From Candidatus Humimicrobiales bacterium (GTDB lineage: Bacteria > Actinomycetota > Humimicrobiia > Humimicrobiales > Humimicrobiaceae): a DNA stretch of 37,026 nucleotides. Positions 12,944 through 21,037 of this stretch are shown piece by piece. A program made the translations under genes and the position numbers. The notes below the pieces were generated by a model, which was given only the letters and a program-made list of their open reading frames with translations, was not told the origin of the DNA and made no database searches. The DNA lies in the NCBI GenBank assembly GCA_038320085.1, contig JBBQDW010000002.1, forward strand, positions 1 to 37,026, in the 5' to 3' direction. Positions within the stretch are counted from its first letter, which is position 1, and every line of letters starts with the position of its first letter.

Positions 12944-14101
12944 TTACCTGCCAACACGGTCGCAAATGTCATTGAGCCTTGTCCTGTAGTATTTAAAATT
13001 TTCCCATGTGACATCTTCTGAAACAGCGTGGTCAACGTGCGGAATATACCCGCCTTTCCTTACAAGTCTTTCTGTCTTTTCCAATTCAGCATCTATCTTC
13101 TTAAAACTTGAATCTTTAAAAAGGACTTTCTTGTTAAAACCTCCAAGAAGGGCAAGCCGAGGATAATCCTGCCTTATTTTTTCAATATCATTAACTGCTT
13201 CAATAGGAAATATCCCAGTGGCCCCGGCCTCAACAAACAATGGAATGAGCTCATCTATGAGGCCGTCACAATCCACGATAATATTTTTTACTTTAAACTG
13301 CTTTAAGAAATCAATAAACCTGACATAATACGGGGTTAAAAATTCCCTGAACATGTCTTTTGAAATGAAGGAACCTGACCTGTAAGCAATGTCTTCTATG
13401 ATAAAGACACAGTCAACATCTATTTTGCTTAAAATACAGGACCAGTATTTCATGACAAAACCCAGGTAGAATTCATTGAATTCCTTCAATAGTCCCGGGT
13501 CATCATACATATTAAGCATGTAATTGACTTCACCCATAAGGTGCCTTGCCAGGAAACTAAAACCAAAGGGATTTCCACCAAGCCTTATCGGGAATTCCCT
13601 GCCCTTTAATTTTACGGCGAGGGCCTCAAAACCTCCCGGAAGCCTTTTTGTAAAATCTTCATCATAGCCGGAAATATAATTATAAAAATCTTTTTTATTT
13701 TTTATCGGGTACTCAAGCGCCATGGGTGTACCGGATTTGTCTTTTAAGGCCTTTGTCGTGATGCCGAAGTTGTCCTTATAGATTTTATATCCATTGGTTT
13801 CAGAAAGTACCTCAATTTTATACTGCGGGCTTAAGTCAAAAGGGAATTTTTCAAGGAAGGAATCAAGTTTTAAATGCGTCATTACATTTACCTCAGATTT
13901 TCTGCCGTATTCTCCTGACAGCGGCGATGCGCCGCTTAAAGGTTCAGATTCGGACAAATCGCCGGGAACTTCCTTTATCTTTGGAAGCCCCTGGCCAAAC
14001 CAATTCCTGATTGCGCCTGCCCAGTAAGCAAATTCAGCTTTTAAAATCGGTTTGCCAGTATCAAAATCCATTGCTGAAAGAAATTTTTCTCTTGAATTCA
14101 T
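12944..14101 (-). CDS. Uroporphyrinogen-decarboxylase (URO-D) family protein, MtaA/CmuA-like methyltransferase fold
   Basis: 385 aa. It has the N-terminal SREKFLSAMDFD... and C-terminal GGYIPHVDHAVSEDVTWENFKYY pattern common to URO-D-family paralogs. Substrate is unknown. Confidence 0.65.
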   Translation of the reverse strand: MNSREKFLSAMDFDTGKPILKAEFAYWAGAIRNWFGQGLPKIKEVPGDLSESEPLSGASPLSGEYGRKSEVNVMTHLKLDSFLEKFPFDLSPQYKIEVLSETNGYKIYKDNFGITTKALKDKSGTPMALEYPIKNKKDFYNYISGYDEDFTKRLPGGFEALAVKLKGREFPIRLGGNPFGFSFLARHLMGEVNYMLNMYDDPGLLKEFNEFYLGFVMKYWSCILSKIDVDCVFIIEDIAYRSGSFISKDMFREFLTPYYVRFIDFLKQFKVKNIIVDCDGLIDELIPLFVEAGATGIFPIEAVNDIEKIRQDYPRLALLGGFNKKVLFKDSSFKKIDAELEKTERLVRKGGYIPHVDHAVSEDVTWENFKYYRTRLNDICDRVGR

Positions 14102-14194
14102 AAGTGCCGCCCTTTTTTGATTCTATTGGTTAAGTAAATTATTAGAATTATACAATTTTTCTAATATTTATAAATTACATATATTTTTATTTTG

Positions 14195-14224
14195 TTGACA
14201 TCATATAGTATTACTTAGTATAAT
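14195..14224 (+). promoter_or_regulatory. Candidate sigma70 promoter far upstream of the sugar ABC operon
   Basis: TTGACA (14195-14200), an 18-nt spacer, then TATAAT (14219-14224). This implies a leader of about 385 nt before ATG 14615. Confidence 0.4.
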
Positions 14225-14459
14225 ATTTGAAACTAAAAAAACGTTTTTCTAATAAAAATATTCCTTATAAGACATTTTAATTGTTTTTATAAAGCAGGAA
14301 ATTAAGTTATAATTTCTATCAGCAGATATCATAAAGATAGTAAAAAAGTATTATTCATCAGCTTTTAACTCTGTTTTACTTCCAGGCTGAGGACCGGGAA
14401 AGAAAAGACTTTAATCTATACAAGTAAGAATAATCAAAACAATGTCATCCTAATGATTT

Positions 14460-14600
14460 TAAAGGTTTTCATAGTATAAAAATGCGTTTCGTTTGCATAA
14501 TTTAATAATCTGTTTCGTTTGCATAGTATAATGAGAGGTTTAGTTTCCATAGTATAAGATAGTATAAAAAAGTATTTCGATTGTACAATATAATAATGTA
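14460..14600. repeat. 26-bp-phased direct repeats (core GTTTCGTTTGCATAGTATAAT) directly upstream of the ABC operon
   Basis: GTTTCGTTTGCATA occurs at 14486 and 14512, with GTTTAGTTTCCATA at 14538. Degenerate units lie near 14460 and 14572. CATAGTATAA occurs three times. Confidence 0.7.
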
Positions 14601-14614
14601 TTTGCCGGGTTGTT

Positions 14615-16144
14615 ATGACGATGGACAATGAAAATGTTTTCATAGAATTAAAAAGCATTAAGAAAATATTTCCCGGAGTGGTTGCGCTTGAAAATGTTGA
14701 CTTTGACGTAAGATATGGGGAAGTGCATGCGCTGGTTGGAGAAAATGGCGCCGGGAAAAGCACCCTTATCAAGATATTTGGAGGCGCATATCAGCCGGAC
14801 GGCGGCGAAATATTTATTGACAGGAAAAAAGTAACCATTTCCAGCACATCAGTGGCCCAGTATCTTAAAATAGCTGTTATTTACCAGGAGTTTAACCTTA
14901 TCCCCGATCTTTCAGTAGCCGAAAATATTTTTATAGGCCGGGAGCCGAAAATAGCAAAAACCTTTGTAAACTGGAACAAGTTAAATAGTGATGCCGCGAA
15001 AATTTTAAAGAAACTTGATATCGATATTAACCCCCGCAAATTCATAGCTGACCTGTCAATAGCGGAAAAGCAAATGGTAGAAATCGCAAAATCACTTTCA
15101 ATGGATGCCAGGCTGATTATTATGGATGAGCCCACAGCCACTTTAACTGAAAAAGAGGTAGTAAAACTTTTTGCAATTATCGAGGAATTAAAGAAAAAAG
15201 GCGTTTCCATTGTTTATATATCCCACCGTCTTGATGAAGCATTCAGGTTATCTGACAGGATCACCGTTTTAAGGGACGGGAAAAAAATCGAGACCAGGAA
15301 AACAAGCGAAACAACCCAGGATGAAATTGTTTCACTTATGGTAGGAAAAATAGTCAAAGAGTATTTTGCGGCCAGGCAGGAGAAAGCAACTGATAAAGAT
15401 GTCGTTATTGAAGTTAATAATTATAACGTCGCAGACTATGTTTATGATGTAAATTTTAAATTATATAGGGGCGAGATCTTAGGTTTTGCCGGCGTTCTGG
15501 GTTCCGGCATCCATCATCTTCTAAGGTCGCTATATGGGGCCGCCCAAAAAACAGGCGGGGAAGTTTTTTTTGAAGGAAAGCCTGTAAATATCAGGAATGC
15601 GTCTGAAGCAATTAAACTGGGGATAGGTTATGTAACCGAAGACAGAAAAGGCGAGGGACTTCTTAATGATATGTCTGTTTTACAGAATATTTCCATTATT
15701 ATTATCAAGTTTTTAACTTTCTTTAAAGGTATATTTATAAAGCAAAAAAAGGAATTGGATGTATTTTATAAGATAGCAAAAGAACTGGATATCAAGTATG
15801 CAAATATTAATCAGAGAATAATCTATTTAAGCGGCGGCAACCAGCAGAAAGTTGTTATGGGGAGAACTCTTGTAAGTGATTGCAAAGTGCTTATTTTGCT
15901 TGAACCTACAAGAGGGATAGATGTTGGGGCCAAAGCGGAAATCCATAAGATTATGGTCGAACTGGCAAACAAGGGGATTTCTATTATTATGACATCTTCA
16001 GAACTGCCTGAACTTGTCAACTTAACCGACAGGTGTCTTGTGTTATATAAGGGAAAGATTGTTGCTGAGTTTAACAGGGAAAACATGGATGAAGAAAAAC
16101 TTGTAGCGGCTGAAATCGGTAAGCTGGGCTATGATGACAATTAA
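14615..16144 (+). CDS. Sugar (ribose/CUT2-type) ABC transporter ATP-binding protein with two fused NBDs
   Basis: 509 aa. NBD1 has GENGAGKST, LSIAEKQMVEIAK and IIMDEPT. NBD2 has LSGGNQQK but degenerate Walker A (GSGIHH) and Walker B (ILLEPT). Confidence 0.9.
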   Translation: MTMDNENVFIELKSIKKIFPGVVALENVDFDVRYGEVHALVGENGAGKSTLIKIFGGAYQPDGGEIFIDRKKVTISSTSVAQYLKIAVIYQEFNLIPDLSVAENIFIGREPKIAKTFVNWNKLNSDAAKILKKLDIDINPRKFIADLSIAEKQMVEIAKSLSMDARLIIMDEPTATLTEKEVVKLFAIIEELKKKGVSIVYISHRLDEAFRLSDRITVLRDGKKIETRKTSETTQDEIVSLMVGKIVKEYFAARQEKATDKDVVIEVNNYNVADYVYDVNFKLYRGEILGFAGVLGSGIHHLLRSLYGAAQKTGGEVFFEGKPVNIRNASEAIKLGIGYVTEDRKGEGLLNDMSVLQNISIIIIKFLTFFKGIFIKQKKELDVFYKIAKELDIKYANINQRIIYLSGGNQQKVVMGRTLVSDCKVLILLEPTRGIDVGAKAEIHKIMVELANKGISIIMTSSELPELVNLTDRCLVLYKGKIVAEFNRENMDEEKLVAAEIGKLGYDDN

Positions 16145-16165
16145 GCAGTAAAGGATTTTTAAGGT

Positions 16166-17131
16166 ATGATAAAGTTTTTAAAACTGTATGAAAAATTAGG
16201 AATATTCATATTGATTATTCTGGCGAGTGTTTTTCTTGCAATAGTGAGCCCTAATTTTAGGAATATGGATACAATTCTTGGAATCATAATGCAGGGAAGT
16301 TATGGCGCAATAATTGCTGTCGGAATGACGCTGGCAATTACCAGCGGTGGGTTTGATCTCTCTGTAGATGCAATGATGGGTCTTACAAGTGTAATTTTGG
16401 CAATGCTGATACCGCAGATGGGTTTTGCACTTGCAATAATAATAGCAATACTTGCAAGCTGTTTTGTTGGAATGATAAATGGGGTAATGATAACAAAAGT
16501 GGGAATAAGCCCGCTTATCATGACTCTGGCAATGGCAGTAATCTTAAGGGGATCTTCTTTGCTGATAACCGGAGGCAGGCAGGTGGTAATCGCCCAGAAG
16601 TCCTTTATGGCAATAGGAGCCTTAAAAGTATTTAACTATATTCCGGCCCCGATTATTTATATGGTTGTAATATTTGTAGTATTTTATATCCTGTTGAATC
16701 AGACTACATTTGGAAGACATATAGCTGCTGTAGGCTCTAACGAACAGGCTGCAAGAATGTCAGGTTTAAATGTAACCGTTATTAAAACCCTGGTTTATGT
16801 GCTGGTTGCATTTACTGCCAGCATTGTAGGGATAATAAGGACCTCACAAACCCTGATAGGCATTCCGACAATGGCTCCCGGTTTTACTTTAAATGTCCTT
16901 ACAATAGCAATACTTGGCGGCACAAGCCTTGCAGGCGGGAAGGGCAATCTCATAGGTACCATTTTTGCGGGTATTTTTATTTCAATGATTTACTATGGCC
17001 TCAATTTGTTAAATGTCCAGATTTTTTACCAGTTCCTGTCAGTGGGAATAGTATTGCTGTTTGCTTTGTTTATAGACGGTTTAAGAATAAGATATCTTGA
17101 AAGTGCAAAAATAAAAGGAATAAGTATTTAA
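16166..17131 (+). CDS. Sugar ABC transporter permease (RbsC/CUT2 family)
   Basis: 321 aa, polytopic, with GGFDLSV, FGRHIAAVGSNEQAARMSG and GGTSLAGGKG. Confidence 0.9.
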   Translation: MIKFLKLYEKLGIFILIILASVFLAIVSPNFRNMDTILGIIMQGSYGAIIAVGMTLAITSGGFDLSVDAMMGLTSVILAMLIPQMGFALAIIIAILASCFVGMINGVMITKVGISPLIMTLAMAVILRGSSLLITGGRQVVIAQKSFMAIGALKVFNYIPAPIIYMVVIFVVFYILLNQTTFGRHIAAVGSNEQAARMSGLNVTVIKTLVYVLVAFTASIVGIIRTSQTLIGIPTMAPGFTLNVLTIAILGGTSLAGGKGNLIGTIFAGIFISMIYYGLNLLNVQIFYQFLSVGIVLLFALFIDGLRIRYLESAKIKGISI

Positions 17132-17154
17132 TAATAAGGAATAAGTATTTAATA

Positions 17155-18135
17155 ATGGATGAATCTAAAGTACTTCTAAATTCTAAACAAAAAGCAGGAA
17201 ATTTCATTGGAAGTTTTGGGCTTATTATAATTCTTTTGGTCATATTTGGATTTTTCTCACTACTGATTCCCAAAGTTTATTTTACATGGCCCAATCTGCT
17301 TGACATGATAAGATTTTCCAGTTTTGTAGGGATCGGCGCCATAGGGATGACTTTTTGTATAATGACCGGAAATTTTGATATTTCAGTCGGGTCTATGCTT
17401 GCCCTTGCGGGTGTGCTGGGCGCTTCCCTTGTCCCCAGGATAAGTGGTGTGGGCGGTGTCGCGGTTACCATAATTGCAGCCTCACTTCTTGGTTTGATTA
17501 ACGGAATTTTTGTAACCAAATTAAGGATTCCTGCATTTATTACAACCCTCGGTATGCTGTTTATTTACAGGGCGATTGCTTATATCTATACAAATAATAA
17601 CCCGCAATATATACAGGACAGATTCTGGATATCTATTGGCAATAAGAATTTCCTGGGTCTGCCTTTACCGATTTATATAATGGCAGCGTGTTACGGGATT
17701 GCTTATTTATTGCTGAGGAAATCACCTGTCGGAAGATATATAATTGCAGTCGGGACAAACAACAGAGCGGCTGCCTTATCGGGAATAAAGGTCGATAATG
17801 TTAAAATCTGGGTTTTCACACTGGTAGGATTGTTTGTGGGGATTGCTGCAGTTATAAATGCAAGCATGCTTGGTGCAGCCAACCCCGGAATGATGGGCGA
17901 CGGCTGGGAGTTTCAGGTCATTACAGCAGTAGTTTTAGGCGGCACTGCGCTTGCAGGCGGGAGCGGCAGCCTTGGCGGCACTCTTATTGCTGCGCTTATA
18001 ATTATTTTCCTTAAAACAGGCATGAGTAATGCACAGGTTAACAGTTACTGGCAGCAGGTTGCTACGGGGCTTGTTCTAATATTCGCTGTATCTATAAATA
18101 AGTTAAAGTTCTGGTTAATCGGGCAGACTCAATAG
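17155..18135 (+). CDS. Sugar ABC transporter permease (second RbsC/CUT2 paralog)
   Basis: 326 aa with GNFDISVGS, VGRYIIAVGTNNRAAALSG and GGTALAGGSG. Confidence 0.9.
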   Translation: MDESKVLLNSKQKAGNFIGSFGLIIILLVIFGFFSLLIPKVYFTWPNLLDMIRFSSFVGIGAIGMTFCIMTGNFDISVGSMLALAGVLGASLVPRISGVGGVAVTIIAASLLGLINGIFVTKLRIPAFITTLGMLFIYRAIAYIYTNNNPQYIQDRFWISIGNKNFLGLPLPIYIMAACYGIAYLLLRKSPVGRYIIAVGTNNRAAALSGIKVDNVKIWVFTLVGLFVGIAAVINASMLGAANPGMMGDGWEFQVITAVVLGGTALAGGSGSLGGTLIAALIIIFLKTGMSNAQVNSYWQQVATGLVLIFAVSINKLKFWLIGQTQ

Positions 18136-18203
18136 GGTAAAGATAGGGTTATCCGGGCAAACTCAATAAGATGAAGTCAGGCTTAATCGGGCAGACGCAA
18201 TAG
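18113..18203 (+). repeat. Three 34-bp-phased copies of the permease 3' end, each including a stop codon
   Basis: GGTTAATCGGGCAGACTCAATAG (18113), GGTTATCCGGGCAAACTCAATAA (18147) and GCTTAATCGGGCAGACGCAATAG (18180). Each reads L-I/S-G-Q-T-Q-stop. Confidence 0.85.
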
Positions 18204-18310
18204 ATTGATTTTATATTTATTGAGAATGCTTTTTATATATATATGTATTTATAAGAATATTTTAAAAACTATTTTGCTAAAAATAGACAATAAAAAAAGA
18301 GGGGGTAAAA

Positions 18311-19318
18311 ATGAAAAGGTATATGAAAATAGCGTTATTTGCTGCACTTGTAGTAACGCTTCTGGTCACCTTTACGGTTGCCGGTTGTACAGCAACAGCA
18401 GGCGGCACCGCTGCAAAGAAGCTGCTAAAGCCTGAAGAAGTTACCATTGGCTTTTCGCTTTGGACAATGGAATACACGTTTTTCCAGAATGTAGAGAAGG
18501 GTGTTAAGGATGCCTGCACAAAATTTGGGTTTAAGTACACAATGCTTGACCAGAAGGCTGATGCTACACAGATGGTTCAGGATATGAATACTCTTGTTAA
18601 CCAAAAAGTAAGCGGTATTGTTTCTACGCCTGTTGATCCCGGTTCCATGGGCCCGGCTGTTCAAAAAGCAAGAGATGCCGGAATACCTGTTGTTTGCGCA
18701 GATATTGGTAAATCAGGCCCGGTTAATGCTCTTATCATTTCAAACAACTTCCAGGGTGGGGAATTAGCAGCAGAATATCTTTCAAAGTTAATTACAGACA
18801 AGGCTATACCATTTGGTCTTGGTAACTTAAAGCCACAGTGGACATTTGCAAGGCAAAGAGGCGAAGGTTTTAAGGCTAAATGTGATGAACTTGGTATCCC
18901 TATCGCATCAGAAATCATTGTCCAGAATGCTTCAGCAGAAGGCGGATATGATACCATGCAGCAGATAATGTCAGCTGCCCCCGGTATTAAAGGCGCTTTC
19001 TTTACATCCGGCCGAGAAGCAGTAGGCGCTGCAAATTATTCAGAGGCCCAGAAGCTGGGTATTAAGGTTGTAGGCTACAACGGGGATCCTGAAGAGTTTA
19101 ATGCTATCAAAGATGGAATTCTTGCCGGAACCATTCTGCAGCAGCCGTATCTAATCGGTTACAAAGCAGTAGAGACCTTAAAAGAAATCCTTGTTGACGG
19201 AAAGTCATATGAAAATGTTGAAATTCCGGCTGAAGTAAAGCTGGTAACTCCTGAAAACCTGGATGCAATAGCAAAAGAGGTTATGGATTCTACAGGGAAC
19301 TCAGCATTCGGCAGTTAA
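18311..19318 (+). CDS. Sugar ABC transporter periplasmic/lipoprotein substrate-binding protein (RbsB-like)
   Basis: 335 aa with signal peptide and lipobox TVAGC, then a type I periplasmic binding fold (IGFSLWTMEYTFF..., VSGIVSTPVD, VVGYNGDPEE). SD is AGAGGGGG. Confidence 0.9.
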   Translation: MKRYMKIALFAALVVTLLVTFTVAGCTATAGGTAAKKLLKPEEVTIGFSLWTMEYTFFQNVEKGVKDACTKFGFKYTMLDQKADATQMVQDMNTLVNQKVSGIVSTPVDPGSMGPAVQKARDAGIPVVCADIGKSGPVNALIISNNFQGGELAAEYLSKLITDKAIPFGLGNLKPQWTFARQRGEGFKAKCDELGIPIASEIIVQNASAEGGYDTMQQIMSAAPGIKGAFFTSGREAVGAANYSEAQKLGIKVVGYNGDPEEFNAIKDGILAGTILQQPYLIGYKAVETLKEILVDGKSYENVEIPAEVKLVTPENLDAIAKEVMDSTGNSAFGS

Positions 19319-19394
19319 TTTCAAACAATGAAAAAGGGCTTTTACTGAATTTATTAAGGTATTTTTAAGTAAATTCTAAAAAGCTTATAAAAAA

Positions 19395-19445
19395 ATAATT
19401 AAGAGGCAGGTTATTAACTTGTCTCTTAATTATTATATTTTTTTA
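19395..19445 (+). terminator. Rho-independent terminator after the binding-protein gene
   Basis: An 11-bp stem ATAATTAAGAG/CTCTTAATTAT with a 17-nt loop, followed by TATATTTTTTTAT. Confidence 0.6.
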
Positions 19446-19482
19446 TCAGTTTTCCAAAATAAAATTAATAAAGGAGCAGGCA

Positions 19483-20466
19483 ATGGAACTAAAAGTTGAT
19501 GCGCATCTGTGGTGTCTTGGGACTTATGCTGAAAGATATGTCCCCGGCGGTTATTTCGATGACATGAGCGTCGAGAGAAAGCTTGATATTATTTCAAAAA
19601 TCAAGGGACTGACGGGCCTTGTTATTTTTTACCCGACAGATCCGCTTCCCTCAGATCCTGACAAGCTCATAAAACTGCTTGCAAACTACGGACTCAAACC
19701 CTCTGTCATGGAGCCTGAAGTCTGGAGCGACAGGAAATGGCGCGATGGCGCATTCAGTACTACAAATCCAAAGATAAGAAAAGAAGCAATAAAAATGCTG
19801 AAAGAAAGCATTGACCTTGGAAAGGCTTTAAAAACTGACAGCGTTCTGCTCTGGCCGGCGCACGACGGGTTCGATTATCCGTTCCAGACCGATTACAGGG
19901 ATGCGTGGAAAAATCTTGTGGAAACAGTAAGGGAGATTGGGGAATATGACCGATCAGTTAAAATAGCCATTGAAGCAAAGCCCAAGGATCCGCGCCAAAA
20001 ACAACTCATAAGGGATTCGGGGAAAGCGCTGGCATTTTTAAATGATGTGGGCCTTGATAATGTAGGCTGCGCCCTTGACTTAGGGCATGCGCTTATGGCA
20101 GGCGAGTCTCTTGCTGAATCATTGATGCTTCTGGATTCACATAAAAAGCTTATGCAGATACATTTAAACGATAATTACAAGGATGCTGATCCTGATATGG
20201 TGCTCGGAACAGTTAACTTCTGGGAAACACTCGAATTTTTCTACTATCTTAACAAGACAGACTACAATTCATGGTCCACCATAGACATAATTGCATCAAG
20301 AGACGACAGGGAAAAAACACTGGAGCTTGCTGTAAAAATGACCTGGAAGCTAAAGGAACTTGCAGACAGACTGGCTAAATCTTCAAAAGAGATAGATTCA
20401 AACCTTACCAGTTATGGTTTTGCTAAGAATATGGATCTAATAACGGATCTGCTGTTTAAGTATTAA
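19483..20466 (+). CDS. Xylose-isomerase-like TIM-barrel sugar isomerase/epimerase
   Basis: 327 aa. IEAKPKDPRQKQL...LDLGHALMAGE...IHLNDNYKDADPDMVLG is collinear with the metal-site blocks of class I xylose isomerases (EPKPNEPR...GHEQMAG...HIDLN...DQDL). Confidence 0.8.
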   Translation: MELKVDAHLWCLGTYAERYVPGGYFDDMSVERKLDIISKIKGLTGLVIFYPTDPLPSDPDKLIKLLANYGLKPSVMEPEVWSDRKWRDGAFSTTNPKIRKEAIKMLKESIDLGKALKTDSVLLWPAHDGFDYPFQTDYRDAWKNLVETVREIGEYDRSVKIAIEAKPKDPRQKQLIRDSGKALAFLNDVGLDNVGCALDLGHALMAGESLAESLMLLDSHKKLMQIHLNDNYKDADPDMVLGTVNFWETLEFFYYLNKTDYNSWSTIDIIASRDDREKTLELAVKMTWKLKELADRLAKSSKEIDSNLTSYGFAKNMDLITDLLFKY

Positions 20467-20501
20467 TATAAAACCAATAGCGCTTAGGGAGCGGGATTAA
20501 T

Positions 20502-20998
20502 ATGACAGGAAAACCAGGAAAACTTTGTTTAAAGTGCAAGGACAGCATTAAATACGTAATTGTTCTAAAATGTGCAGTTTTTATTATTCTTCCACTGCTT
20601 TTCTGTATGTTTTCAGCTGCAGGCTGCGTCACGCTAAAACCTGGTTTTCTTGGGGACCAGCTTAAAAAATTTGAAAAAAGCATTGATAAGGTGGCTGAGA
20701 TATCCCTCCGGTAAAGAGCTCAAAACGACTTTTGATCTTTTGACTCAGATACTCAGGCAGAACTGTGGAGATGATGTTTCCCTCAAAGTTTACAGGGACG
20801 GTAAATATTCAACCTATAAACTTGAGCTGGTGCAATGTCCGCCAAATATCGAACGTTAAAAATCCTGTCTTTGCAATGCTTGGGACGACAATGTCTCCGG
20901 GATTTGATTTAAACGATTATGAAAGCGCGGCTGCATACAGGGAGGTTCTTATAAAGGGAAACCCGGAGTTCTCGGAAATCATTAAAAAACTTACCTGA
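20502..20998 (+). pseudogene. Decayed lipoprotein gene with a PDZ-like remnant, spread over three successive reading frames
   Basis: ORFs 20502-20714, 20650-20859 and 20765-20998 occupy frames 0, +1 and +2. The first has signal and lipobox SAAGC. The second has a PDZ C-terminal-like GKELKTTFDLLTQILRQNCGDDVSLKVYRDGK. The GLGF-proximal segment is missing. Confidence 0.4.
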
Positions 20999-21037
20999 CA
21001 ACCTGAACTTAAAGGTATATAAGCATCTACTATTTAA

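Noticed and set aside
12780-12950. Possible cobalamin riboswitch, prompted by ACCTGCC, CTACTGG and AATAGGAA-like strings next to a URO-D/MtaA-fold gene
   Set aside because: Only fragments resemble B12-box or core motifs. The conserved GGTG..AA..CC / GC.G.CCCGC.AC.GT core is absent on both strands. ACCTGCC is simply the last codons of the URO-D gene on the opposite strand. No gene lies downstream in either orientation. I kept it only as an unexplained structured island.
12808-13035. 75-aa minus-strand ORF overlapping the 3' end of the URO-D gene
   Set aside because: It is out of frame with, and largely inside, the conserved URO-D-family coding sequence. The remainder lies in the GC-rich island discussed separately.
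14434-14772. 112-aa minus-strand ORF spanning the repeat array and the ABC ATPase start
   Set aside because: It overlaps the Walker A-encoding region of a bona fide gene in antisense and runs through non-coding repeats. The sequence is not protein-like.
18205-18540. ORFs 18205-18435 (+) and 18277-18540 (-) around the binding-protein gene start
   Set aside because: They overlap the well-supported lipoprotein signal peptide of the binding protein in other frames or strands. They have no SD or family similarity.
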